Position numbers and translations under genes: made by a program
In this document: one piece after another, positions 49,143 through 58,429 of the stretch
Layout of the letters: every line of letters starts with the position of its first letter
Numbering within the stretch: the first letter of the stretch is position 1
Notes under the pieces: generated by a model
Told to the model about the DNA's origin: nothing
Databases searched by the model: none
What the model saw: the letters and a program-made list of their open reading frames with translations, nothing else
Assembly: GCA_965660855.1 (NCBI GenBank)
Contig: CBFIBM010000003.1
Location: 1 to 64,000, forward strand
DNA length: 64,000 bases
Source: an uncultured bacterium
Lineage (GTDB): Bacteria > Fidelibacterota > Marinisomatia > Marinisomatales > UBA1611
Direction: 5' to 3'

Positions 49143-50139
49143 TTTTTCACATATCTATTTAGAAAAAGGGGCGGAAGAATACTCCTTAACTAAATTAGCT
49201 CTTGCTAAATTCTCAAAATCAAAGATTATTAAAATAGATCATTACAAAGACTTCTTTAATAGATCTAATCAAGATTTTCAAGTCCAAAAACTGTCGATGA
49301 ATCTTATCTTAGCAAAAAAATCAAGTCCTTTTTTGTATCCAGCATCTGAAATGGTTCAAGAATTTGGTACATCAAATGTGTTCTATAATACTCCAATATT
49401 AAATTGTTTATATAACTGTGACTATTGTTTTTTACAGGGTATGTATAATTCCGGTAATATGGTTTTATTTGTAAATGAATTTGACTTTATGAGTTCAATT
49501 GAAAAAAAACTTTTTTCATTAAAAAATTTCTCCGATCCAATGATTGTTGCAATCTCATATAATACAGATATTATGGCCATGGAAAATATTTTACCCCTTA
49601 CAGCAAGATGGATTGAGTTTGCAAAAAGTATGAAGGGTCTAATCATTGAAATAAGGACTAAGAGCGCATTGTTCTCATCAATTCAAAATATTAAGCCCTC
49701 AAATAATATTATTCTAAGTTGGACACTTTCACCAGAAATTATCTGTTCAAAACACGAATTAAATTCGCCGCCATTTTTGAGTAGATTACATTCTGCTAAA
49801 AAAGCTTTAGAAAAAGGATGGACTGTGAGATTATGTTTTGATCCTATAATTCTTTTTGATGGATGGTTCCAAATATATAACACTTTCTTTCAATTAGTTT
49901 TTTGTGAAATAGACCCTAAGAAAATTCGTGATATAACTATTGGTGTGTTTCGTATGAATAAGGATTTTTTTAAAAGGGTTAAGAAAAGACAGCCGACATC
50001 TTCACTTTATTATAGTGATTATACTATTGAGAAAGGTACAGTTACACTTGACAAAACAATTCGTGATGAATCCTTAAATCAAGTAAAAAATGCCTTATTA
50101 AAATATTTACCAGAAAGTAAAATTTTAATTTGGAACTAA
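49117..50139 (+). CDS. Spore photoproduct lyase-like radical SAM protein
   Basis: CLYNCDYCFLQGMY, EIRTKS, WTLSP, RL, FDPII. Confidence 0.85.
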   Translation: MRVNFLKPNFSHIYLEKGAEEYSLTKLALAKFSKSKIIKIDHYKDFFNRSNQDFQVQKLSMNLILAKKSSPFLYPASEMVQEFGTSNVFYNTPILNCLYNCDYCFLQGMYNSGNMVLFVNEFDFMSSIEKKLFSLKNFSDPMIVAISYNTDIMAMENILPLTARWIEFAKSMKGLIIEIRTKSALFSSIQNIKPSNNIILSWTLSPEIICSKHELNSPPFLSRLHSAKKALEKGWTVRLCFDPIILFDGWFQIYNTFFQLVFCEIDPKKIRDITIGVFRMNKDFFKRVKKRQPTSSLYYSDYTIEKGTVTLDKTIRDESLNQVKNALLKYLPESKILIWN

Positions 50140-50198
50140 TGATGGTTGATTAATAAAAACTTTATATGAAATATTAGCTTGTTAAATAGGTACTAAGA

Positions 50199-50300
50199 AT
50201 GAGTTTTAAACTAATATTTTTTATTATTGCAGTTGTATTTATAGTTGGATCTTTGTTACTTGCTTTATGGTATAGAATGTATGAAGATAATAACGAATAA
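50199..50300 (+). CDS. Putative 33-aa single-TM small protein
   Basis: Hand translation MSFKLIFFIIAVVFIVGSLLLALWYRMYEDNNE; AGGT upstream. Confidence 0.5.
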   Translation: MSFKLIFFIIAVVFIVGSLLLALWYRMYEDNNE

Positions 50301-50327
50301 ATTTTTCAGATAAAATCATCAAAGCAT

Positions 50328-51086
50328 ATGATAAACAGAGAAAAAAAGGCGCAGGTCTTATTTTTGTATTTACTCATCTCTACACTATCTACTTATAAAG
50401 TCTTTGGATTTGAGCTGCATAATGATTCTTATATTTATTTTCTTGGCGTTAAGTACACATTAAAACAAAATGGAAATTCATCAAATAGGTATATATTATT
50501 ACATGGTGATGAGAAAACAGCAAAAATGGTTTTAGAAAGTCATATTAAGGAATACAAAGGAATTGCTTTTTTTATAGAAAATGAGAAAAGAGAAATTCCT
50601 TTCAAATCTACAATTATCGATCCAAATCGCATTTTTTCAAGGAATGGTTCATATCATGCCTTAAGAAAATTTCAGCCTGGGTGGCCTCCTGGTGAATTAA
50701 AAAAAGCATTAGATAAAATTGATACTGAAAGAGAGGTTTTTTTAAATATTTTGATACCTCCAAATAATGGAATATTAATTGCTTTACATAATAATTTTCG
50801 AGGATATAATGTGAAAAGTGAAATAAGTAAAAGCCAGCGGGTATCCATTAAAAAAAATCAAAATCCCAGAGATTTTATTATTTGCACCGATGAAAATGAT
50901 TTTGATAAAATATCAAAAGGACCATTCAACGTAGTATTACAAAATAAGCCGCCTGAATTAGATGATGGTAGTCTATCATGGGAGGCTTTACGCAGAAATG
51001 TAAGGTATATAAATTTGGAAACAAGGTTAGGATATTTAACACAGCAAAAAAAAATGTTAGAATATATTGAAAGGGTTATTAAATAG
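50328..51086 (+). CDS. Exported protein, possible M14/aspartoacylase-like zinc hydrolase
   Basis: HGDE, DPNRIF, IALHNN and NLE occur in the order expected of M14-clan ligands. Confidence 0.5.
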   Translation: MINREKKAQVLFLYLLISTLSTYKVFGFELHNDSYIYFLGVKYTLKQNGNSSNRYILLHGDEKTAKMVLESHIKEYKGIAFFIENEKREIPFKSTIIDPNRIFSRNGSYHALRKFQPGWPPGELKKALDKIDTEREVFLNILIPPNNGILIALHNNFRGYNVKSEISKSQRVSIKKNQNPRDFIICTDENDFDKISKGPFNVVLQNKPPELDDGSLSWEALRRNVRYINLETRLGYLTQQKKMLEYIERVIK

Positions 51087-51087
51087 T

Positions 51088-51336
51088 ATGCAGACTACAT
51101 TTAATAAAATTTTAAAATGGATGCCAATTATATTGTTCTTATTATTAATAATGGTAGATAGAAATAAGATTTTGCATGTAGTTGGATATTTAATGTTACT
51201 TTTCTCGTACACCTTTATAATCATTATTAGAATATTATATGCAAAAAAAGAATGGCATGAAGAATTCAACAAAGATCAACTAAATCAAAATAGTTCCATT
51301 AAAAATATGAGTGATTTCAAAAAAAAAATAAAATAG
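51088..51336 (+). CDS. Small two-TM hypothetical protein
   Basis: ATG right after the upstream stop; two hydrophobic segments. Confidence 0.55.
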   Translation: MQTTFNKILKWMPIILFLLLIMVDRNKILHVVGYLMLLFSYTFIIIIRILYAKKEWHEEFNKDQLNQNSSIKNMSDFKKKIK

Positions 51337-51380
51337 TTTACATAACTAAAAAAATATCTTAAACATCAAAAGGGGTCCAA

Positions 51381-51734
51381 ATGAAAAAAATAGATTTAAG
51401 AAGCATAATGATCGGGATTTTAGGAGCCACTCTTTTCTTTGTTCTCATCAGCGCAGATGAACCAGTTGTAGATGAAGGGAACCTAGGTGACATCATAGTA
51501 AACTCTATCACTATTCGTGATGATGGACATGGAGGATTCATAACTGCATATAATCAAGACCAAAAAAGAACTTTGTATCTAGGCACTGGAAAAGAGGAGA
51601 ATGGTTATGTGCAAACATATAATAAATATGAACAACCCACTGCATATATTGGTTCCAATAGAGATATGGATGGTATTATTGTATTGAATGATCGTTATGG
51701 TACTTTAGGCCATAGCCAATCAGGTAAGAAATGA
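51381..51734 (+). CDS. Short paralog of the 23-aa repeat protein at 33334
   Basis: Shares NLGDI.VNSITI...GGF and YLGT/YIGS repeats; SD AGGGG. Confidence 0.8.
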   Translation: MKKIDLRSIMIGILGATLFFVLISADEPVVDEGNLGDIIVNSITIRDDGHGGFITAYNQDQKRTLYLGTGKEENGYVQTYNKYEQPTAYIGSNRDMDGIIVLNDRYGTLGHSQSGKK

Positions 51735-51814
51735 AACTAGGAATAATTTTTGTGATTTTACTATTTTTAGCTTTTATTAAAAACAGAGATAAGCTTGATA
51801 AGTACAAAAATTGA
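51731..51814 (+). CDS. Putative 27-aa small membrane peptide
   Basis: MKLGIIFVILLFLAFIKNRDKLDKYKN; ATGA overlap with the upstream stop. Confidence 0.35.
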   Translation: MKLGIIFVILLFLAFIKNRDKLDKYKN

Positions 51815-51925
51815 AACTCTTTAATGCAAAATACTTTTAATTATTTTGCAAAATTTTTTTAATTTACATGCAAAAAGATTTTATCTATATTCAGCGTCTA
51901 ATTAAACTTAAAAAAATTAATAAAT

Positions 51926-52942
51926 ATGAAAAAAATTAATATTGCTTTATTTGGATTTGGTAGAATTGGCCGTAATATTTTTAGATTGGGCTATGACAAT
52001 CCAAAATATAATTTTGTTGCAATTAGTGACTTTGGTTCTCTTGAAGCATTGCACTATTTACTTGTTAGAGATTCAATACATGGGGCTATGAAAGATGAAG
52101 TCCAGCTTGACGGAAACTATTTAAGAGTCAAAGATCAGAAAGTTAGAGTTATTAGCGGTGGACAGCCCGGCACTATCCCCTGGGACATATATGATGTTGA
52201 TATTGTTATTGATGCTACAGGTCGTTTTCTTAAAAAATCAGATTTAGCGCTGCATTTGGATTCTGGAGCAAAAAAAGTTTTTACCACTAGAAATCCTAAA
52301 GAAACAATTGACCGATATGTTATACCTGGAATTAATGATATGGATATAAAAGTTTCAGATAAAATAATTTCTACAACATCTTCTACCACACAAGTATTAG
52401 CTTTAATGATTAAGATGCTAGACGAATCGTTTGGATTAGAAAGAGCAATGATGACAACTGTACACGCTTATACTGCAGATCAGCCACTTGCAGATGCAGC
52501 AGGTTTAGATTTACGAAGAAGTAGATCCGCAGTTGAAAATATCATACCAAACTCAACATTTGCTCCTTCAATCGTTGAAAAAATAATGCCAAAGTTCAAA
52601 GGAAAAATTGATGGTATGGCTTTCAATGTTCCGGTTCCTAATGGGTCATGTGTTGACTTGACAACTGAATTAAAAAATACTCCATCTGTAGAAGAGGCAA
52701 ATCATGCAATAAAAGAGTTCTCTGAAAATTCTTTAAAAAATATTGTTGGTTATACAGCTGATCCAATCGTTTCAAGTGATGTTAGTGGTAGAGAGGAGAC
52801 AATGGTTTTTGATGAAAAAGCAACAATGATTACAAAAGATGCCCTTCTAAAAACTCTTTGCTGGTATGATAATGGCTGGGGATTCTCGAAAAGAATTTTA
52901 GATGTAATTGATAAATATTCAGAATTGGAGAGAAAATCGTGA
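51926..52942 (+). CDS. GAPDH-like protein lacking the catalytic cysteine
   Basis: GFGRIGR, DATG.F, TTVHAYT, VPVPNGS, WYDNGWG; active-site region is STTSSTTQV. Confidence 0.88.
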   Translation: MKKINIALFGFGRIGRNIFRLGYDNPKYNFVAISDFGSLEALHYLLVRDSIHGAMKDEVQLDGNYLRVKDQKVRVISGGQPGTIPWDIYDVDIVIDATGRFLKKSDLALHLDSGAKKVFTTRNPKETIDRYVIPGINDMDIKVSDKIISTTSSTTQVLALMIKMLDESFGLERAMMTTVHAYTADQPLADAAGLDLRRSRSAVENIIPNSTFAPSIVEKIMPKFKGKIDGMAFNVPVPNGSCVDLTTELKNTPSVEEANHAIKEFSENSLKNIVGYTADPIVSSDVSGREETMVFDEKATMITKDALLKTLCWYDNGWGFSKRILDVIDKYSELERKS

Positions 52943-53940
52943 AAGTAGCAATTAATGGTTTTGGGCGTATAGGTCGCTCAGTTTTTCGTATTTTAAATTC
53001 TAGGCCTGACGTTGATGTCGTTGCCATAAATGATATTTTTGATAAAGAGGCATTAACGTATTTATTAAAATATGATACAGTGATGGGAAGGTTTCCGGAG
53101 GATGTGACTTTAGACGGTGACATTCTTAAAACTCAAAGTCAAAATGTAAAACTTATTGCAGAAAGAAACCCTGAAGAACTGCCTTGGGGTGGAATGGGAA
53201 TAGATATTGTAATTGAGTCCACAGGAATATTTCGTCAAAAATCTCAACTTGAAGACCATTTAAAAGCTGGCGCCAAGAGAGTTGTATTGACGGTGCCCGC
53301 AAAAGATGAAATTGATTACACTGTTGTATTAGGTGTTAATGATGATGGTTTAAAGCCAGAACATAAAATTGTTTCAAATGCTTCTTGCACTACAAATTGT
53401 TTAGCCCCAATGGCAAAAGTTCTTAATGATGAATTTGGAATTGAACTTGGTGTTATTAATACGATTCATGCCTATACAAATGATCAGCGTCTTGCAGATG
53501 TACCTCATTCAGATTGGAGACGTAGTAGAGCAGCTGCTGAAAATGTTATTCCTACGACCACAGGTGCTGCTAGAGCGGTAGGAAAAGTCCTACCTGAATT
53601 AAATGGAAAGTTAGATGGTATAGCTATGAGAGTTCCGGTTCCAGATGGTTCAGTCGTAGATTTTAATATAAGATTGGAACAAGATGTCACAGTGGATCAG
53701 ATTAATGATGCAGTTCATAGTGCTTCAGAAACAGGCGCATTGAAAAATGTTCTAGAATATTCTACCTTGCCTGTAGTTTCTACTGACATTATTGGGAATC
53801 CACATTCATCAATTTTTGATGCACCATTCACAAGAGTAATTGGTGGCAATTATGTTAAAACACTTAATTGGTACGATAATGAGTGGGGATATTCTAATAG
53901 AGTTGCTGATTTACTCGGGGTATTATATAAGTTAGGCTAA
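52939..53940 (+). CDS. gap: Type I glyceraldehyde-3-phosphate dehydrogenase
   Basis: INGFGRIGR, SNASCTTNCLAP, TTTGAA, RVP, WYDNEWGYS. Confidence 0.97.
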   Translation: MKVAINGFGRIGRSVFRILNSRPDVDVVAINDIFDKEALTYLLKYDTVMGRFPEDVTLDGDILKTQSQNVKLIAERNPEELPWGGMGIDIVIESTGIFRQKSQLEDHLKAGAKRVVLTVPAKDEIDYTVVLGVNDDGLKPEHKIVSNASCTTNCLAPMAKVLNDEFGIELGVINTIHAYTNDQRLADVPHSDWRRSRAAAENVIPTTTGAARAVGKVLPELNGKLDGIAMRVPVPDGSVVDFNIRLEQDVTVDQINDAVHSASETGALKNVLEYSTLPVVSTDIIGNPHSSIFDAPFTRVIGGNYVKTLNWYDNEWGYSNRVADLLGVLYKLG

Positions 53941-55883
53941 TTCTCTAATTCTGGAATATTTTTATAATATTCTAAAATATCAGGGTTTTTTAAAGCATCT
54001 GCATTCAAAACAGATTTTTTTTCAATAATTTGTTTTACTGCTAGCTCCACTTTCTTTCCGTTCATTGTATAAGGAACTTCTGAAACTTTTATAATTTTTT
54101 CAGGTACATGCCTATGGGAGCATTCTGATCTTATTGTAGACTTTATTTCTTTTTCAATTTTCTTATTCATTTGAATGCTATCTTTTAGTTTTACAAAAAG
54201 AATTACTCGTTGGTCATTATTCCATTCCTGACCAATAACCAAGCTATCATCCAAATAAGATAAAGAAGAGATCGCTCTATATATTTCAGCGGTTCCAATA
54301 CGAACTCCACCAGGGTTTAATGTTGTATCACTCCTTCCATAAATTTTAACTCCTCCTCTTTTATTTATCGATATGAGGTCCCCATGGTGCCAAGATCCCG
54401 GAAAAGTTTTAAAATAAGTTTCTTTAAATTTTTTATTTTCTTTATCATTCCAGAAGTAGATTGGGATTGAAGGAAATGCCGTAGAGCAAACAAGTTCTCC
54501 TTTTTTTCCTACCAGAGATTTTTTATTTTTGTCAAATGATTTAACATCCATTCCTAAACCACGACATTGTATTTCACCTCTTACTATTGGAAGTATTGGG
54601 TTTAAAAGTACAAAGCATGAAATTATATCTGTTCCACCTGAAATTGAACCAAGTAATATATCTTTTTTAACATTTTCATATACATAATCAAAACATTCTT
54701 CAATCAAGGGTGAGCCAGTAGATAATATGGATCGTAATGACTTTAAATGATATTGTTTCTTTGGAATAATATGTTCATTCTTACATGCTTCAATGTATTT
54801 TGCGCTTGTACCAAATACTGAGATACTTAAATCGTCTACCATTTTCCAAAGATTTTCCTTACTAGGAAAAAATGGTGAGCCATCATAAAGAGTTATAGTT
54901 GATCCCACCGCAAGGCTAGTCACCAACCAATTCCACATCATCCAGCCACAGGTAGTAAAATAAAAAATATTATCATCCCTATGAAGGTCACAGTGAAAAT
55001 AAAGTTCTTTTAAATGCTGTATTAATGTACCACCAGCAGAATGAACAATTGATTTTGGTAAGCCTGTAGTCCCTGAAGAATAGAGAATATATAAAGGGTA
55101 GTTAAATGGTAGTTGCTCAAATTTAAGTTTTTTTGGACGTTTAGAAATAAAATTTTTATAATGTATGCTATTTTTTATTTTTTGATTTTCTAAATTTTCA
55201 TCACTTATATTTGTAATAACTACCTTTTCAATACTTTTAATATTGCTTACTATAGTAGAAAGCTTCTCAAAAGTATTATAAAATTTTCCATTATAAGAAT
55301 ACCCAGCAGTTGCAAAAATTACCTTAGGTTGTATTTGGGAAAATCGATCTAATACACCTTTTACTCCAAAATCTGGTGATGTAGAACTCCAGATAGCTCC
55401 TATAGAAGCTGCGGAGAGCATTGCAATAACTGCTTCAGGTATATTAGGCATGTAGCCTACAATACGATCGCCTTTTGATATTCCAATACTTCTCAATGAA
55501 TGAGTTAAAGCTTCAACGCTATTAAATAGCTCTCTGTAGGTTATTGTTTCCGATTTTCCAGTTTCACTTTTATAATAGATAGCAGGTTTATTATCTTTAT
55601 ACCTTAAAAGATTCTCAGCAAAATTTAATTTTGCATCTGGAAACCAACTTGCTCCAGGCATTTTTTTTACATCATCAACTATAGAAGTATAATTAGCTGA
55701 AGAAATTATATGTGAATATTTCCATGTTTGCTCCCAAAATTTCTCCGGGTAATTGATAGACCAATTGTAAAGGTCACTATATTCTTTTATTTCAAGATTA
55801 TACCTTTCATTAACAATATTTATTAGTCTAGAAATGTGATTTTTGTCATTTGATAAATTAGGTTTCCATAGAATCTTATCCAT
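53937..55883 (-). CDS. Acetoacetate--CoA ligase
   Basis: LNFAENLL, YSSGTTGLPK, TTCGWMMWNW, SISGGTD, GRSD.TLNPGGVRIGTAEIY, GKKVE. Confidence 0.93.
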   Translation of the reverse strand: MDKILWKPNLSNDKNHISRLINIVNERYNLEIKEYSDLYNWSINYPEKFWEQTWKYSHIISSANYTSIVDDVKKMPGASWFPDAKLNFAENLLRYKDNKPAIYYKSETGKSETITYRELFNSVEALTHSLRSIGISKGDRIVGYMPNIPEAVIAMLSAASIGAIWSSTSPDFGVKGVLDRFSQIQPKVIFATAGYSYNGKFYNTFEKLSTIVSNIKSIEKVVITNISDENLENQKIKNSIHYKNFISKRPKKLKFEQLPFNYPLYILYSSGTTGLPKSIVHSAGGTLIQHLKELYFHCDLHRDDNIFYFTTCGWMMWNWLVTSLAVGSTITLYDGSPFFPSKENLWKMVDDLSISVFGTSAKYIEACKNEHIIPKKQYHLKSLRSILSTGSPLIEECFDYVYENVKKDILLGSISGGTDIISCFVLLNPILPIVRGEIQCRGLGMDVKSFDKNKKSLVGKKGELVCSTAFPSIPIYFWNDKENKKFKETYFKTFPGSWHHGDLISINKRGGVKIYGRSDTTLNPGGVRIGTAEIYRAISSLSYLDDSLVIGQEWNNDQRVILFVKLKDSIQMNKKIEKEIKSTIRSECSHRHVPEKIIKVSEVPYTMNGKKVELAVKQIIEKKSVLNADALKNPDILEYYKNIPELEN

Positions 55884-55992
55884 ACACAACCCTCAAGTCT
55901 TATTAATGTAAAAAAAATAGCTTTTATTGATGATTATGGCATTAACTATTCATAATTTTAAAGCTAACAATTAACTAATTTAAAAACAAAAT

Positions 55993-57183
55993 ATGAAAAT
56001 AGCTTTTTTAACAGCGGGTGGAATAGCCCCATGTTTATCTTCTTCGATTGGGGCGCTTATTGAAAAATATAATAATATTGCTCCAGATGCTGAGTTAATA
56101 GGATATCTTAATGGTTACCAAGGTTTACTACTTGGTCGTTCCATTAGATTCCCTGATAGAGTAAAGAAAAATTATAATTTATTACATGATTTTGGCGGGT
56201 CACCTATCGGGAATAGTAGAGTCAAGCTAACAAATATTGATGATTGCATCAAAAGAGGATATGCAAAAGAAGGTGAAGATCCCCTGAAAATTGCAGCCGA
56301 ACAGTTAACAAAAGATGGTGTTAATATACTTCACACAATCGGTGGAGATGATACCAACACAATGGCAGCTCAGTTATCATTTTATTTAAAAGAAAATGGT
56401 TATGATTTGACGGTAGTTGGAATGCCCAAAACCGTTGATAATGATGTTTTTCCTGTTTCTCAGACACTAGGGGCGTGGACTGCAGCGGAACAAGGTGCTA
56501 TATTTTTTGAAAATATAGTGAATGAAAATACTACCAGTACAAGGCAGCTTATTATACACGAAGTCATGGGTAGGCATTGTGGCTGGCTAACAGCTCAGAC
56601 TGCTTTAGATTATAGAAATAGAATGAAACAAAGAACATTCTTGCCAGAATTATTAGTTGAACAAAAGAAATGGGACGTTGATGCAATTTATATTCCCGAA
56701 GAAGATTTTGATTTCCAATCAGAAGTAAATCGTCTAAAAAAGGTTATGGATGAAAAAGACGGTGTAAATATTTTTCTGAGTGAAGGTGCCGGGCAAGAGA
56801 CTATAATAAGAGAACTTGAGTCTAAAGGAGAAGTAGTTCCGCGCGACGCTTTTGGTCATGTACGATTGGATGAAATTAATCCTGGGCAGTGGTTTGCAAA
56901 ACAATTTGCGAAAGAGTTAGGTGCAGAAAAAACACTTGTTCAAAAAAGTGGATATTTTGCACGATCAGCTAAAGCAAATTCAAAAGATTTAGAATTAATA
57001 AAAAAATCAGCTTTTTTTGGAGCAGAGAAAGCTCTTCAAGGGGAAAGTGGTCTTGCAGGATTAGATGATGACCAGGATAGTCAACTTAAACTAATTGATT
57101 TTAAGAGAATCAAAGGTGGAAAACCTTTCGATACATCATTAGATTGGTATCAATCTATGTTAAAAGAAATTGGGCAATATTAA
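55993..57183 (+). CDS. pfp: Pyrophosphate-dependent phosphofructokinase
   Basis: GGDDT (Asp marks PPi use), PKTVDND, EVMGR, QKSGYFARS. Confidence 0.93.
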   Translation: MKIAFLTAGGIAPCLSSSIGALIEKYNNIAPDAELIGYLNGYQGLLLGRSIRFPDRVKKNYNLLHDFGGSPIGNSRVKLTNIDDCIKRGYAKEGEDPLKIAAEQLTKDGVNILHTIGGDDTNTMAAQLSFYLKENGYDLTVVGMPKTVDNDVFPVSQTLGAWTAAEQGAIFFENIVNENTTSTRQLIIHEVMGRHCGWLTAQTALDYRNRMKQRTFLPELLVEQKKWDVDAIYIPEEDFDFQSEVNRLKKVMDEKDGVNIFLSEGAGQETIIRELESKGEVVPRDAFGHVRLDEINPGQWFAKQFAKELGAEKTLVQKSGYFARSAKANSKDLELIKKSAFFGAEKALQGESGLAGLDDDQDSQLKLIDFKRIKGGKPFDTSLDWYQSMLKEIGQY

Positions 57184-57200
57184 ATAAAAAAAGGAGTACC

Positions 57201-58274
57201 ATGTCACATTCACTAAAACCAGGTGTAGTTACTGGAGAAGACTATAAAACACTATTAAAAGCGGCAAAAGAAGGCGGCTACGCATTACCCGCAGTTAATG
57301 CAGTTGGAACAAATTCTGTAAATGCAGTAATGGAAGCTGCAGCAAAAAATAAATCTGATGTTATTGTCCAATTTTCTAATAGTGGTGGACAGTTCTTCGC
57401 GGGAAAAAGCCTTTCTGACGAATTTGAAGCAAAAGTCCTAGGTAGTGTTTCTGCTGCCCAGCATGTGCAACTTCTTGCTGAAAAATATGGTATTTGTGTT
57501 GTGTTGCATACTGACCATGCAAATAAAGCTTTAATTCCGTGGGTTGAAGCACTTGTAGGTCATAGTGAAAAACATTTTGAAAAAACAGGTTCACCCTTAT
57601 TTTCTTCTCACATGCTGGATCTATCTGCTGAAGAGATTGATTTTAACCTTTCTGAATGTGAACGAATGCTCAAAAGAATGGCTCCAATAGGATTGAGCCT
57701 TGAAATTGAGTTAGGAGTTACAGGTGGTGAAGAAGATGGAGTTGGCTCTGATGATGACATTGGTGCTGATAATCCCCTATTATATACGCAACCAGAGGAT
57801 TGTTTAAGAGCCTATCAACTATTATCTCCTCTAGGACATTTTAGTTTAGCAGCTTCCTTTGGTAATGTTCATGGAGTATATAAGCCTGGAAATGTCAAAC
57901 TTCGTCCAGAGATTTTAAAAAACTCTCAAGACTTAGTGCAAGAAACATGTAAAACAGGTAAAAAACCACTAGATTTGGTTTTTCATGGTGGTTCTGGTTC
58001 AGATAAAGCAAAAATTGCAGAGGCTTTAACCTACGGTGTATTTAAAATGAATATTGATACAGATACACAGTTCGCTTATTCCAAAGCAATTGGAAGTTAT
58101 GTCGAAGAAAATCACAAAGCATTTAAATATCAAATTGATCCGGAAGATGGAACACCTTATAAAAAACAATATGATCCTAGAAAATATCTGCGAATAGGAG
58201 AGCAGTCTATGGTAGCTCGTTTGGATGAAGCCTTTAAAGACCTTGGTTCTGTTGGTAAAACTCTTGCTTCTTAA
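57201..58274 (+). CDS. fbaA: Class II fructose-bisphosphate aldolase
   Basis: SD AAGGAG before ATG 57201; LHTDH, SSHMLDLS, GGEEDG, FGNVHGVY, FHGGSG, KMNIDTD. Confidence 0.96.
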   Translation: MSHSLKPGVVTGEDYKTLLKAAKEGGYALPAVNAVGTNSVNAVMEAAAKNKSDVIVQFSNSGGQFFAGKSLSDEFEAKVLGSVSAAQHVQLLAEKYGICVVLHTDHANKALIPWVEALVGHSEKHFEKTGSPLFSSHMLDLSAEEIDFNLSECERMLKRMAPIGLSLEIELGVTGGEEDGVGSDDDIGADNPLLYTQPEDCLRAYQLLSPLGHFSLAASFGNVHGVYKPGNVKLRPEILKNSQDLVQETCKTGKKPLDLVFHGGSGSDKAKIAEALTYGVFKMNIDTDTQFAYSKAIGSYVEENHKAFKYQIDPEDGTPYKKQYDPRKYLRIGEQSMVARLDEAFKDLGSVGKTLAS

Positions 58275-58282
58275 ATGTTTCT

Positions 58283-58330
58283 AAATAAATCACAAGCTGG
58301 GTCTTATACGGCTTGTGATTTATTTTTTTT
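58283..58330 (+). terminator. Rho-independent terminator after fbaA
   Basis: 15-bp stem AAATAAATCACAAGC / GCTTGTGATTTATTT followed by a T tract. Confidence 0.85.
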
Positions 58331-58429
58331 CTAATGAAATAAGTACTTTTTGCGTAGCATTTACCTAATATAAAATAAGTAACTTTTTAAAATACTTTAT
58401 TAATTAGAGATATCAATAAAGTATACATT

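Noticed and set aside
32385..51814. Integrative element or prophage at tRNA-Val
   Set aside because: No integrase, transposase or phage gene, and no duplicated tRNA 3' end found by eye
51926..52942. Erythrose-4-phosphate dehydrogenase (epd) or pseudogene
   Set aside because: Epd keeps the catalytic Cys; this ORF is full length with no stops or frameshifts
55937..55952. Sigma-54 site upstream of pfp (TGGCATTAACTATTCA)
   Set aside because: Lacks the -12 GC
57144..57200. N-terminal extension of fbaA given by the ORF track
   Set aside because: Overlaps pfp; strong SD AAGGAG precedes ATG 57201. Track starts at 20738, 39630, 40603 and 51067 were shortened on similar grounds
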